Below, in pieces: positions 56,115 through 64,000 of a DNA stretch of 64,000 nucleotides. Position 1 is the first letter of the stretch, and the number at the start of each line of letters is the position of its first letter. The translations under genes and the position numbers were made by a program. The notes under the pieces are model-generated. The model did no database searches and had not been told where the DNA came from. It worked only from the letters and a program-made list of their open reading frames with translations. The stretch is from a virus (Duplodnaviria > Caudoviricetes), in IMG/VR virus record IMGVR_UViG_2912765049_000001, positions 64,001 through 128,000 of that record; one strand, 5' to 3'.

Positions 56115-58646
56115 TCAGTTCTCTTCCTTGATCTGGGCGAGGAGGGCGTTGAGGGCGTCGGGCTTGTGCAGCACGTCGCGGGCCTTGCTGCCGTCGCGCT
56201 CGCCGACGATGTCCCGGGCGGTCATCTGGTCCATGAGCCAGACCGCCTTGGCGAAGCCGACGCGCAGCTTGCGCTGCAGCATCGACGTGGACCCGAACTG
56301 GGTGGAGACGACCAGCTCGACGGCGTGGCAGAACAGGTCCAGGTCGTCGCCGAGCGGCTCGGCTCCGTCTTCGTCCTCGTCGTCGTCCTGCAGTTCGGCC
56401 GGCGCCGGGTGGTCGGGGTCGGCCCACACATACGGTGTCCTGGGTCCGCCGGGCTGCAGGACGCTCTCGTCGTTGGCGAACCACTTCGAGACGGCCTGCC
56501 GGCTGGGCGGCTTCTCCTCCGGGTACTGCTCCTCGAGCCGCTTCAGGCAGGCGTCGATGGTGATGCCGTCGGGCCCGGCGTCGCGGACCATCTCCATCAC
56601 TTCGTCCTTGCGGGGGTGCTCGCGGGATTTGTCCTTCTCGGCCTCCTCCTGCGCCTGCTGGGCGCCGTGCTTCTCGGCGGCCTGCTGGGTGAGCCATTCG
56701 GCCTCGGCGAGTGCCTTGGAGATCGCGGCCTGCACGCTTGCCTCGTCCGGGCCGGGCGTTCCGGCCGGCGGGGTGGGCTGGCCGCCGACCGGCGGCTGCT
56801 GGCCCCCCTGGCCGCCGCCGTACCGCCGGAGGTAGTCCTCGGCGGACCCCAGAGGACCGAGGTCGCTGGGCAGGGTCCCGCGCCCGGTGCTTCCGTTGCC
56901 GGAACCGCCGGTGCCCGCGGGCGGCTGGACGGTCGGCGCGGGCGGCGCCATGGTGCCGGTGCCGCCGCCGTTCATGCTGGCGGAGGTGCCCGTGCTCGCC
57001 GAGCGCGGCGCGTCGATGCCGAAGGCTTCCAGCAGCCAGCCGATGCGCTCGGTGTCGGACCAGCGATCGCCGTAGCCCCATTTGTTGGCGATGGCGACGG
57101 CCTCGTCGTCCAGGTCGGGACGGATGTGGGCGCGGGCGACCGCCATCTCCTCGATGTGCGTGGAGTCCTCGTCGTCGTTGACGTACGCGAAGCGCCCCTT
57201 CTCCGGCGGCTCGGAGGGGTTCATGGCCGACGTCTTGATGTAGCAGGCGCCGTTGCCGGGCAGGGCGGCCAAATTCACCTGGTGGTAGAAGTCCGGGAAG
57301 ACGTACTGGCCCTCGCCCTTCTTCCGGAAGCGCAGGCCGATCGTCGTGTCGTACTGGCTGTCGATTTCGCCGCCGCCCGTGTTGGGGCCGGTACCGCGCT
57401 GCACCACGTCGACGTAGTCGATCGCCGCCTTGCGGCCCTTCTTGATGCCGCGGGTCTTGGGCTTGGCGGCCATCGGCGACCAGGCCATCAGGTCCGAGCC
57501 TTCCTCGGTGATGACGATGATCGCGGGCTTGTCCGGCTTCGGGACGAGCTTGCCGCCCGGGGCGGTCTTCGCCCGCTGGTCCGCGACGTCGTGTGCCGCG
57601 TTGTACAGCCGTACCGCCTCGTCCTCGGTCGTGGCGATCCAGTCGATGAGCGGGCGGTCGATGACGTTGCCGTCCCCGTCCTTCCAGCCCTCCACCCACG
57701 GCCGCACCCACCGCTTGGCCGTGTGGCCGCTGGCCATGTCGATCATCCAGATCACCGCGTCGACGCAGCGCGTGAGGAGGGAGATCAGCACGTGCAGGGT
57801 GACGCTCTTGCCGGAGCCCTTCTGGCCCGCGATGAGCACGCTGTTCTGCCGCATCAGCAGTTCGATGGGCTCGCCCGACTCCAACATCCCGAGCGTGAGG
57901 GGCTCGTTGATGGTGATGGGGTGGTCGCTGGGGTCCAGCTCCACCAGCTCGGCGAGCACGTTGCGCGTGGACACCTGCAGGTACGCCCGGTCGGCCGTCT
58001 CGCCCGGCTTCAGGGTGAGCGCGCCGGCACGGACACCGGCCTTCATCTCCAGGCGCTTGAGCAGCGGCAGCAGGCCGTCGAAGTCGGTCTCGGTGAGCCG
58101 CAGCGTCAGCTGGAAGCCGTAGTTGGCCTTGTCCTTGCCCTCGACGAACACGCCGCGGGCGCCGACCGAGGCGAACATGTCCGCCCAGTCGGTCAGCGGC
58201 TTGGCGAGCGCCGCCTCCTCCTTCGCCCACTGCTCGGCGATCTCGTCGCCGCGCAGGTAGCGGTCGATGCCGTAGAACGGGGAGATCATCACCGTCATGG
58301 CGCCGAGCGCGGCGGCCGAGGCGAGCGTCCACGGGGTGCCGTGGGCGACCCAGTTCAGCCAGCCCGCCGCGGCGCCGGTCCAGATGCCGGAGAACGCGGT
58401 GTGGAACCAGCGGGCGCGCCTGGAGCGGCCCTCGCCGCCGGTGCGGATGAAGCGGGCGGTGGCCACGGCGATGACCCCGCCGACCGAGCCGATGCCGAGC
58501 ATGTCCAGCGGCACGGTGTGGCCCTGGTCCTCGATTACGCCCAGGCCGACGCCATCGAGGTAGATGAACCCCGCGGTGAACAGCGGGGTCGAGACGACCC
58601 CGTGCACCCAGGGGATGACCTCGCGGTCTTCCTTCGAGCGGGCCAT
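56115..58646 (-). CDS. traB: TraB-type FtsK/SpoIIIE conjugative DNA translocase with a C-terminal FtsK gamma domain
   Basis: N-terminal TM helices, Walker [27 protein letters not shown], a wHTH-like segment, then [20 protein letters not shown]...GSKARDVL. Confidence 0.8.
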   Translation of the reverse strand: MARSKEDREVIPWVHGVVSTPLFTAGFIYLDGVGLGVIEDQGHTVPLDMLGIGSVGGVIAVATARFIRTGGEGRSRRARWFHTAFSGIWTGAAAGWLNWVAHGTPWTLASAAALGAMTVMISPFYGIDRYLRGDEIAEQWAKEEAALAKPLTDWADMFASVGARGVFVEGKDKANYGFQLTLRLTETDFDGLLPLLKRLEMKAGVRAGALTLKPGETADRAYLQVSTRNVLAELVELDPSDHPITINEPLTLGMLESGEPIELLMRQNSVLIAGQKGSGKSVTLHVLISLLTRCVDAVIWMIDMASGHTAKRWVRPWVEGWKDGDGNVIDRPLIDWIATTEDEAVRLYNAAHDVADQRAKTAPGGKLVPKPDKPAIIVITEEGSDLMAWSPMAAKPKTRGIKKGRKAAIDYVDVVQRGTGPNTGGGEIDSQYDTTIGLRFRKKGEGQYVFPDFYHQVNLAALPGNGACYIKTSAMNPSEPPEKGRFAYVNDDEDSTHIEEMAVARAHIRPDLDDEAVAIANKWGYGDRWSDTERIGWLLEAFGIDAPRSASTGTSASMNGGGTGTMAPPAPTVQPPAGTGGSGNGSTGRGTLPSDLGPLGSAEDYLRRYGGGQGGQQPPVGGQPTPPAGTPGPDEASVQAAISKALAEAEWLTQQAAEKHGAQQAQEEAEKDKSREHPRKDEVMEMVRDAGPDGITIDACLKRLEEQYPEEKPPSRQAVSKWFANDESVLQPGGPRTPYVWADPDHPAPAELQDDDEDEDGAEPLGDDLDLFCHAVELVVSTQFGSTSMLQRKLRVGFAKAVWLMDQMTARDIVGERDGSKARDVLHKPDALNALLAQIKEEN

Positions 58647-58721
58647 GGTGTGGAACTCCTTAAGGTCAGGTCGTGGTCAACAGCCGGAGAGGGAGCAGCG
58701 GAGCGGGAGCGCCCGGTCGGA

Positions 58722-61163
58722 TCAGGCGGTGTTGCGGGACTGGTCCCACTTGGCGGCCTGGTAGCTGGGGTTTTCGAGGTTGTGGAGCTGCTCCTGGTGC
58801 AGCAGCCGGTACAGGAAGTGGACGGCGGTGATGGCGCCGCCCAGGTCGCGGAAGCGCTGGCCGGCGTCCCGGTGCATGGCGGTGACGGCCTCGTGGACGC
58901 GGAACTCCGACTCGGTGACGGTGGCGACCGTCTCCATCAGCTCGTAGAGGGCCTCCGCGAGCGGCGCGAGGTGCTCGATGGTCATCTCGTAGCCGAACAT
59001 CGTCCCGGACGGGTGCAGCCGGATGTGGATCCCGGCGTCGCGGATGGCGCCGGAGGCCAGCAGCAACGGCATGACGTGGACGGTCGGGTCGGTCCACGCG
59101 AACTGCGGCATGACGTGCGCCCAGTTCTCGGACAGGTCCCACTTGCGGCCCTGCCAGGTGGGGTTCTCGATGTTGTCGAGCTGCTCGGCGTGGATCTCCC
59201 GGTACACCTTGTGAGCCGAGTCGACGAACGCGCCCAGCGCCAGGAAGTGGATGCCGATCGTGCGGTACTGGTTCGGGATCTCCGGGTTGACCTTGAAGTC
59301 GTCCTCGGTGACCTGCGCGATGTCGTGCATCAGGTGGCACATCGCGAACTCGAGGTGGCCGAGGTTCTCGATGACTGCCTCGTAGCCCTTCATGCTGTCG
59401 GCCGGCGCCGCCGCGAAGGCGGCTGCGGCCATCCGGATCGCGTCCGCCGCGTAGATGAGTGGATAGGCGTGGTGAACCGGGGCGTTGTCCACGGGTGTTC
59501 CTCCTGCGGTTCCTGCTGCGGTGGCCGGCGACGGCACGGGGGCGTGCCCGCCGGAAGTCGGTACGGGAGCGGCGGTGCCGCCTCCTGCGGTCGGGACCGG
59601 TCCGGCCTTCTTCGCGGCGGCCGGCGCAGGCAGCGGGCTGGCGGTGGCGGTCTTGTAGACCCACGCGTTCAGCCACGACCAGGTCCGCGAGACGTTGACG
59701 AGCTTGGCCAGCGGGCTGGTCGCCCAGTACAGGACCCGGGAGAGCGGACGCAGCCAGTTCGGCCCCATGGTCGAGAAACGGACCGTGCCCAAGAACGAGT
59801 TGAGGGAGAGGACCGCCCGGCCGCCCCAGCGCATCGCGTTGGCCAGGAGCTTCCCGCCGTGCCGGCGGGTGCCGCGGAACACCGCGCGGAACGGCGTCGC
59901 CACCTTGTTCATGCGGTGGCGAAACCTCGGGCTGCTGACCTTCCGGTACACCTTCCCGGCGGCGCTCTTGGTCTTCCGGATCGGGTTCCGCTTCCAGGTG
60001 TAGCCCGCGTGCCGAGGCGCCTTCGCCTTACCGACCTTGTGCTTCTTCTTGCCGGAGCCCTTCGGGCCCTTCGCGGCGCCCTTGCCCTTTCCCTTGCCGG
60101 CGGGCGAGACCTTGCCGGGCTTGCCCGGAGCGCCCTTGCCGGGGCCCTTGCCCGGGGCCTTCTTGCCGCCAGCGCCCGTGCCCTTGCCGGTGGGCGCGCC
60201 CTTGCCCGGAGCGCCCTTGCCCGCGCCCGTGGTGCCCTTGGGCGCCTTCTTGCCGCCCAGGTCCTTGATCTTCCCGGCCAGGGCCTTCGCGTCCTTGCCC
60301 AGCGCGCGCGAACCGTCGCTGAGACCCTCGAGCATCCCCTTGCCGCTCTTCCCCGGCACGGCAGAACCCTTGCCGCCTCCGGCGCCCTTGCGGTTCAGGT
60401 TGCCGCTCCCGGGCGTGCCGGGCCCCTTGCCGCCCGGGCCCTTGGAGCCGAGTCCCTTGGAGCCAGGCCCCCCGCCGCCGAACAGGCTGCCCTTCATGGG
60501 CTTCGGACCGGCGGTCGACCGGTTGCCGCCCAGGCCGCCCTTGTTGGAGCGCGGCGAGGTGTTCAGGCCGCCGGAGCGGTTGGAGGACGGGCGGTTCGGT
60601 CCCAGGCCGACAGGCTTGCGGGACGGGCCACCACCGGGGCCGGTCGTGCCCCTGGACCCGGCGCCGGAGCGCCGCGGGCCGCTCCCGCCGGAACGGTTCC
60701 CCGACAGACCGCCACCCGAGCGGCCAGCGCCGGTGCCCGTGCCTCCCCGGCGTCCGGCGCCCGTGCCGCGGCCCGGGCCGCCTCCTCCGGTGCCGTTCCC
60801 GGCCCGGTTGCGGCGGCTGGCGACCTGGGCGGCCCGGCGGCCGGCCCTGATGACCGCAGCCGTGGTCGCGGTGGCCGCGGCGGCCAGGATCGCGAAGATG
60901 ACGATCGGCAGGCCGAAGACGTGGGCCAGCCAGCACACCGAGATCAGTCCGGTGATCACGCCGCCGGGGATCAGGACCCCGGCAAGGCTGCTGTCCTTCT
61001 GTGACGTAGAGCGACGGCGCTGCGTGCGCTGACCGCCCGGGTCCGTGGTCGCTGCCGCGCCCGACGCCTGGGGCGGTACGGCAGCAACAGGCGGCGGCGC
61101 GGTCGCCGTGGCCGCCGGCGGCGCCATGTCGAAGTCGGGGGTGCTCACGGGGTCTTCCTCCAC
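58722..61163 (-). CDS. TraA-like membrane protein with a G/K/P-rich linker and a duplicated C-terminal helical domain
   Basis: Two repeats ending H.EQL.N.ENP....KWD; immediately upstream of traB. Confidence 0.6.
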   Translation of the reverse strand: MEEDPVSTPDFDMAPPAATATAPPPVAAVPPQASGAAATTDPGGQRTQRRRSTSQKDSSLAGVLIPGGVITGLISVCWLAHVFGLPIVIFAILAAAATATTAAVIRAGRRAAQVASRRNRAGNGTGGGGPGRGTGAGRRGGTGTGAGRSGGGLSGNRSGGSGPRRSGAGSRGTTGPGGGPSRKPVGLGPNRPSSNRSGGLNTSPRSNKGGLGGNRSTAGPKPMKGSLFGGGGPGSKGLGSKGPGGKGPGTPGSGNLNRKGAGGGKGSAVPGKSGKGMLEGLSDGSRALGKDAKALAGKIKDLGGKKAPKGTTGAGKGAPGKGAPTGKGTGAGGKKAPGKGPGKGAPGKPGKVSPAGKGKGKGAAKGPKGSGKKKHKVGKAKAPRHAGYTWKRNPIRKTKSAAGKVYRKVSSPRFRHRMNKVATPFRAVFRGTRRHGGKLLANAMRWGGRAVLSLNSFLGTVRFSTMGPNWLRPLSRVLYWATSPLAKLVNVSRTWSWLNAWVYKTATASPLPAPAAAKKAGPVPTAGGGTAAPVPTSGGHAPVPSPATAAGTAGGTPVDNAPVHHAYPLIYAADAIRMAAAAFAAAPADSMKGYEAVIENLGHLEFAMCHLMHDIAQVTEDDFKVNPEIPNQYRTIGIHFLALGAFVDSAHKVYREIHAEQLDNIENPTWQGRKWDLSENWAHVMPQFAWTDPTVHVMPLLLASGAIRDAGIHIRLHPSGTMFGYEMTIEHLAPLAEALYELMETVATVTESEFRVHEAVTAMHRDAGQRFRDLGGAITAVHFLYRLLHQEQLHNLENPSYQAAKWDQSRNTA

Positions 61164-61206
61164 ATCAGGGGCGGCGAGGTGCGGTAACTGTGCGTGTCGG
61201 GCATGG

Positions 61207-61366
61207 CGTCAAGCCGGAGCGTCAACGTCAACGTCAAGGAGCCTCGTCAACGTCAATTCGTGCTGATCAAGGGGCCGTTTCCGGGGCCTGGGGCGGGGTT
61301 TGGAGCCCTCACGTCACGTCCGGGAGATAGACGTTGACGTTGACGCACCCAGCTTCACGTCACGTT
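61207..61366. repeat. Cluster of CGTCAA/ACGTCA hexamers (candidate clt or regulator site)
   Basis: 6 CGTCAA forward, 2 TTGACG and 2 CACGTCACGT in about 160 bp upstream of the traA-like gene. Confidence 0.7.
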
Positions 61367-61827
61367 CGGTTAGCGAAGTAGGAGAGGATGAGGACCGCGC
61401 CGATGACCGCCAGCAGGTGGTTGGCGAACCTCGACGAGATGCGCTGGCGGGCGACCGGGCGGTAGGCGGCGGAGAAGTCCCGCGTCCCGCGTGAGGCGTC
61501 CAGCGGCTGGCGCAGGCCCGCCGGGATGCCCTCGAAGGACGTCTTCCAACGCGTCGGACTGTCACGCTCCGTGAGGTCGGGAAGCTCGCCCGCCTGCAGG
61601 GCCATCTCGAGCGTGTTGAGGTCCCGGCGGGCGCGGTCGATGTTCCGCTGGATCCAGTCGTCCCTGTCGTTCACCGCGACGGTGCGCAGGATCTGGTCCA
61701 GGTGGTGGTGGACGGCGGCGAAGTGCGCGATCGCGGGAGTCTCGGTCAACGCGAACTTGGCGTCGACGCAGGCCATCTGACGGCCGTTGAGCTTGGGCGG
61801 CGGTACGCGCTCGAGCTGGGGGTCCAT
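61360..61827 (-). CDS. Hypothetical protein with a C-terminal TM helix
   Basis: GAGGAAG RBS; good codon bias. Confidence 0.6.
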   Translation of the reverse strand: MDPQLERVPPPKLNGRQMACVDAKFALTETPAIAHFAAVHHHLDQILRTVAVNDRDDWIQRNIDRARRDLNTLEMALQAGELPDLTERDSPTRWKTSFEGIPAGLRQPLDASRGTRDFSAAYRPVARQRISSRFANHLLAVIGAVLILSYFANRT

Positions 61828-61855
61828 GCTTCCTCCTCTCGGGTATTTGTGCAGG

Positions 61856-62077
61856 TCAGGCGGTGCCGTTGTAGGCGTCGAGGGCTTCGAGCTGACTCCA
61901 GTCGACGCGGATCTCCAGGTCGAGCTCCTGGTCGCGGGCCCAGTTCTGGCCGTCCTTGTCGCCGGGCAGCCGGGTGGTGATCTCGGACTCCAGGCGGCGG
62001 GCGGCGCCGGTGAGGATGTCCCGGGCCTCGCGGACGGTCGTGGCCCGCAGGACGGTCCCGGTGGTGTCGTTGGTCAT
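61856..62077 (-). CDS. Hypothetical protein
   Basis: Purine-rich RBS; 73 aa. Confidence 0.55.
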   Translation of the reverse strand: MTNDTTGTVLRATTVREARDILTGAARRLESEITTRLPGDKDGQNWARDQELDLEIRVDWSQLEALDAYNGTA

Positions 62078-62114
62078 CGGTGACGGCTCTCTCTCGTTCT
62101 CGTGTTTTTGCAGG

Positions 62115-62411
62115 TCAGGGGGCTTGCCAGGTGCGGTCGTAGTCCGCGCCCGGGTTCTCGTCGTCGCCGGCCTGGAACTGTTCGTTGAGCTGCCGGGACT
62201 CGGTGATGGCCTGGATGACCGGGCCGAGGTCGAGGGAGATGCGGAGCTTGATCGGGGTGTTCCGGCGGGTGTCGTTCTTGATGAAGGGGTCGCCGGGGAC
62301 GAGGGTCTTGAGGTGGGCGTCGATGAGGTTCGTGACGGCCTCGAGGGAGGTCTGGGCCTCCTGGGCGGTGGCGGCCTCCCACTCGTACTTCGGGGGGTCG
62401 ACGAGGGTCAT
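62115..62411 (-). CDS. Hypothetical protein
   Basis: AAGGGA RBS; 98 aa. Confidence 0.58.
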   Translation of the reverse strand: MTLVDPPKYEWEAATAQEAQTSLEAVTNLIDAHLKTLVPGDPFIKNDTRRNTPIKLRISLDLGPVIQAITESRQLNEQFQAGDDENPGADYDRTWQAP

Positions 62412-62434
62412 GTCCCTTGCTCTCCTTCGGTCTT

Positions 62435-63072
62435 GGTCTCGCGGGGTGGGTCTCGGTGCTGGGGCGGTCTCGGTGTCGGCCCCGGCCGGTGCGGGTCTCG
62501 CAGGGGTGTGTGACCGGGTCTCGCGAGACCCGGTCTCGGGGTCTCAGCCGTCGGTGCCAGTGGCGTCGGTCTCGGTCTCGAGGTCTCGGTAGGTGCGGTG
62601 TCCGGCCTCGTACAGGGCCCGGGCGTCGGCAAGCCGCTTAGCTGCGGTGGAGCGGGGGCAGCCGGTGATCTCCTCGGCCTCCCCCTTGGCGTTCTTCGGG
62701 CCGAGCTGCACCGTGTTCGCGCCGCCGCGCTCCCACATGACGTCCAGCAGGGCCTGGACTTCGGCGGCCTTGTCCCGCAGCCGCGAGACCTTCGCGGTAC
62801 CGGTCTCGCGGGGGCGAGACCTGGGGGCCGTGGTCTCGCGAGACCGGGCCTGGGTGGTCTCACGAGACCTGCGAGACCCGCCCTGGCCGGTCTCGCGAGA
62901 CCCGGTCTCGCGGGTCTCAGCGGTCTCGGTCTCGGTGTCCGTGCGGGTGTGAGACCCGGTCTCGGTGGTCTCGTGAGACCCGTTCGAGACCCCGGTCTCA
63001 CCGGGGGGCAGCGCACGGCGGGTCTCGGTCTCGATCGCCTCGGTGTCCGAGACCGAGGTCTCGGGCGAGACC
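62435..63072. repeat. Dense GGTCTC/GAGACC array including GGTCTCGCGAGACC palindromes
   Basis: About 36 hexamers by manual count in about 640 bp, in both orientations, inside and downstream of the gene. Confidence 0.9.
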
Positions 63073-64000
63073 CGCTCGAGGAACTCGATCACCGGGATCG
63101 TCGTGGGACCGGCGTCGGGACCGGTGCGGTGGACGGTGACGACGTAGCGGTCCGCGTAGGCCGCTCCGGCGCGGCGGGCCTTGCGGTCCGCGAGGATGTG
63201 GCCGGCGGCGGTCCAGGCGGCTTCGGCGTTCGCCCACCGAAGCGGGTTGTCGATCATCAGGGAGCGGGCGGTCCAGGAGCGGACCGGGTAGCGGGTCCAG
63301 CGGCCCATGCCGAGGCTCGGCAGTGCCGGCGGGAGGTTCTTGTCCTCGCGCAGCTTGCGGCGGTGGACCAGGCGGGCGAACAGCTCCCACAGGACGACGC
63401 CGACCATCGACATGGCGCTGAAGGTGACCGCGCGGGGGGTGGCCGACCAGTCGTGGGAGTAGTGCCACCACTGCTGTACCGCGGCGCCGATCCCGAACAG
63501 CCAGGTGGCGATGCGGTACTCCCAGCCCTTGTCGCCGTCGCGGCGGGCCTGGTCGTACAGCCAGGCGCAGTACGCGGTCGTCATCTCGTACGCGGCGGCG
63601 TAGACCAGGGACGCGGCGAAGTTCCAGCCCAGGACCTTGATGGCGAAGCCGGACTGTCCGGTCCAGGCGACCACCATCGGCGCGATGATGGGCACGATGA
63701 TCAGGGCTCGGACGGCGGCGGCCAGCAGGATCTTGCGCACCTTGTCGAGCGGGGTCGGCTTGCCCTCCTTGCGGGACTGACGGCGCTGCCGGGTCTGCTC
63801 GTCGAGCTGCTCCTTCTCCTTCCGCTTCTTGGTCCGCTGCCGGTCGGCCGCCTCGTCCTTCAGCCTCCGCTTCTCCAGCTTCTGGAACGTCGGGCTCAGG
63901 GCGCGCTCGAGTTCTGCGGCGGCCTTCTCCCGGTCTTCCTGAGCCTCCTTTCGCAGGTTGTCGGCCTCGGCGGTCGCCTCGGCGCGCTTGGTCCTGGCCT
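62544..64000 (-). CDS. DUF2637/Spd-like membrane protein with an N-terminal coiled coil and a C-terminal HTH (5'-partial)
   Basis: Frame open to the window edge; four TM helices; LPSLGMGRWTRYPVRSW; EAEEITGCPRSTAAKRL. Confidence 0.72.
   Translation of the reverse strand, partial: ARTKRAEATAEADNLRKEAQEDREKAAAELERALSPTFQKLEKRRLKDEAADRQRTKKRKEKEQLDEQTRQRRQSRKEGKPTPLDKVRKILLAAAVRALIIVPIIAPMVVAWTGQSGFAIKVLGWNFAASLVYAAAYEMTTAYCAWLYDQARRDGDKGWEYRIATWLFGIGAAVQQWWHYSHDWSATPRAVTFSAMSMVGVVLWELFARLVHRRKLREDKNLPPALPSLGMGRWTRYPVRSWTARSLMIDNPLRWANAEAAWTAAGHILADRKARRAGAAYADRYVVTVHRTGPDAGPTTIPVIEFLERVSPETSVSDTEAIETETRRALPPGETGVSNGSHETTETGSHTRTDTETETAETRETGSRETGQGGSRRSRETTQARSRETTAPRSRPRETGTAKVSRLRDKAAEVQALLDVMWERGGANTVQLGPKNAKGEAEEITGCPRSTAAKRLADARALYEAGHRTYRDLETETDATGTDG

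Larger units (their letters stand above)
9669..64000 (-). mobile_element. Conjugative prophage / phage-plasmid (siphovirus morphogenesis and lysis genes plus TraB transfer module); ends not visible
   Basis: Colinear terminase-portal-scaffold-capsid-tail-tape measure-lysis genes co-oriented with TraA/TraB/DUF2637 genes; no housekeeping genes in between. Confidence 0.75.

Noticed and set aside
60060-60470. GCCCTTGCC repeats as a DNA element
   Set aside because: Single orientation and frame; explained by GKG peptide repeats
62435-63072. BsaI sites as a cloning artefact
   Set aside because: The sites are embedded in a natural in-frame gene with irregular spacing and no vector sequence
1-64000. 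tRNA, rRNA, integrase, att sites, replicase
   Set aside because: None recognised, so integrated versus plasmid state and the element's ends cannot be determined from this window

Overview
High-GC actinomycete DNA, most likely Streptomyces (GC-biased codons, rare TTA codons, TraB-type transfer genes). About 9.6-64 kb is one large mobile element read mainly on the minus strand. It joins a Streptomyces-type conjugation module (DUF2637/Spd-like membrane protein, TraA-like protein, TraB FtsK/SpoIIIE translocase; ~54-64 kb) to a complete siphovirus-type packaging, head, tail and lysis gene set (~9.7-48.7 kb), so it looks like a conjugative prophage or phage-plasmid. No integrase, replicase, tRNA or att site is visible in the window. 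Main observations: (1) eight copies of a palindromic operator TACAAC-N5-GTTGTA overlapping a TATAGT -10 box drive small antisense gene cassettes inserted in the packaging region, with a small HTH protein as candidate repressor; (2) a 4344-bp IS5-type cargo transposon (24-bp inverted repeats, TGA target duplication; DUF6192/RacO-like, RacP-like, transposase, MFS pump) splits a phage CBM4-GH6 cellulase gene that sits next to a papain-like protease, endolysin, holin and a poly-gamma-glutamate hydrolase; (3) the TraB carries an extra FtsK gamma domain; (4) about 36 GGTCTC/GAGACC motifs lie in and just downstream of the DUF2637-HTH gene; (5) at 0-9.6 kb an XRE-TPR regulator is divergent from a gene run encoding a class III aminotransferase, an atypical sirtuin-fold protein, UDP-glucose dehydrogenase and a GNAT. 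All family calls come from motif recognition by eye; no database search was run.
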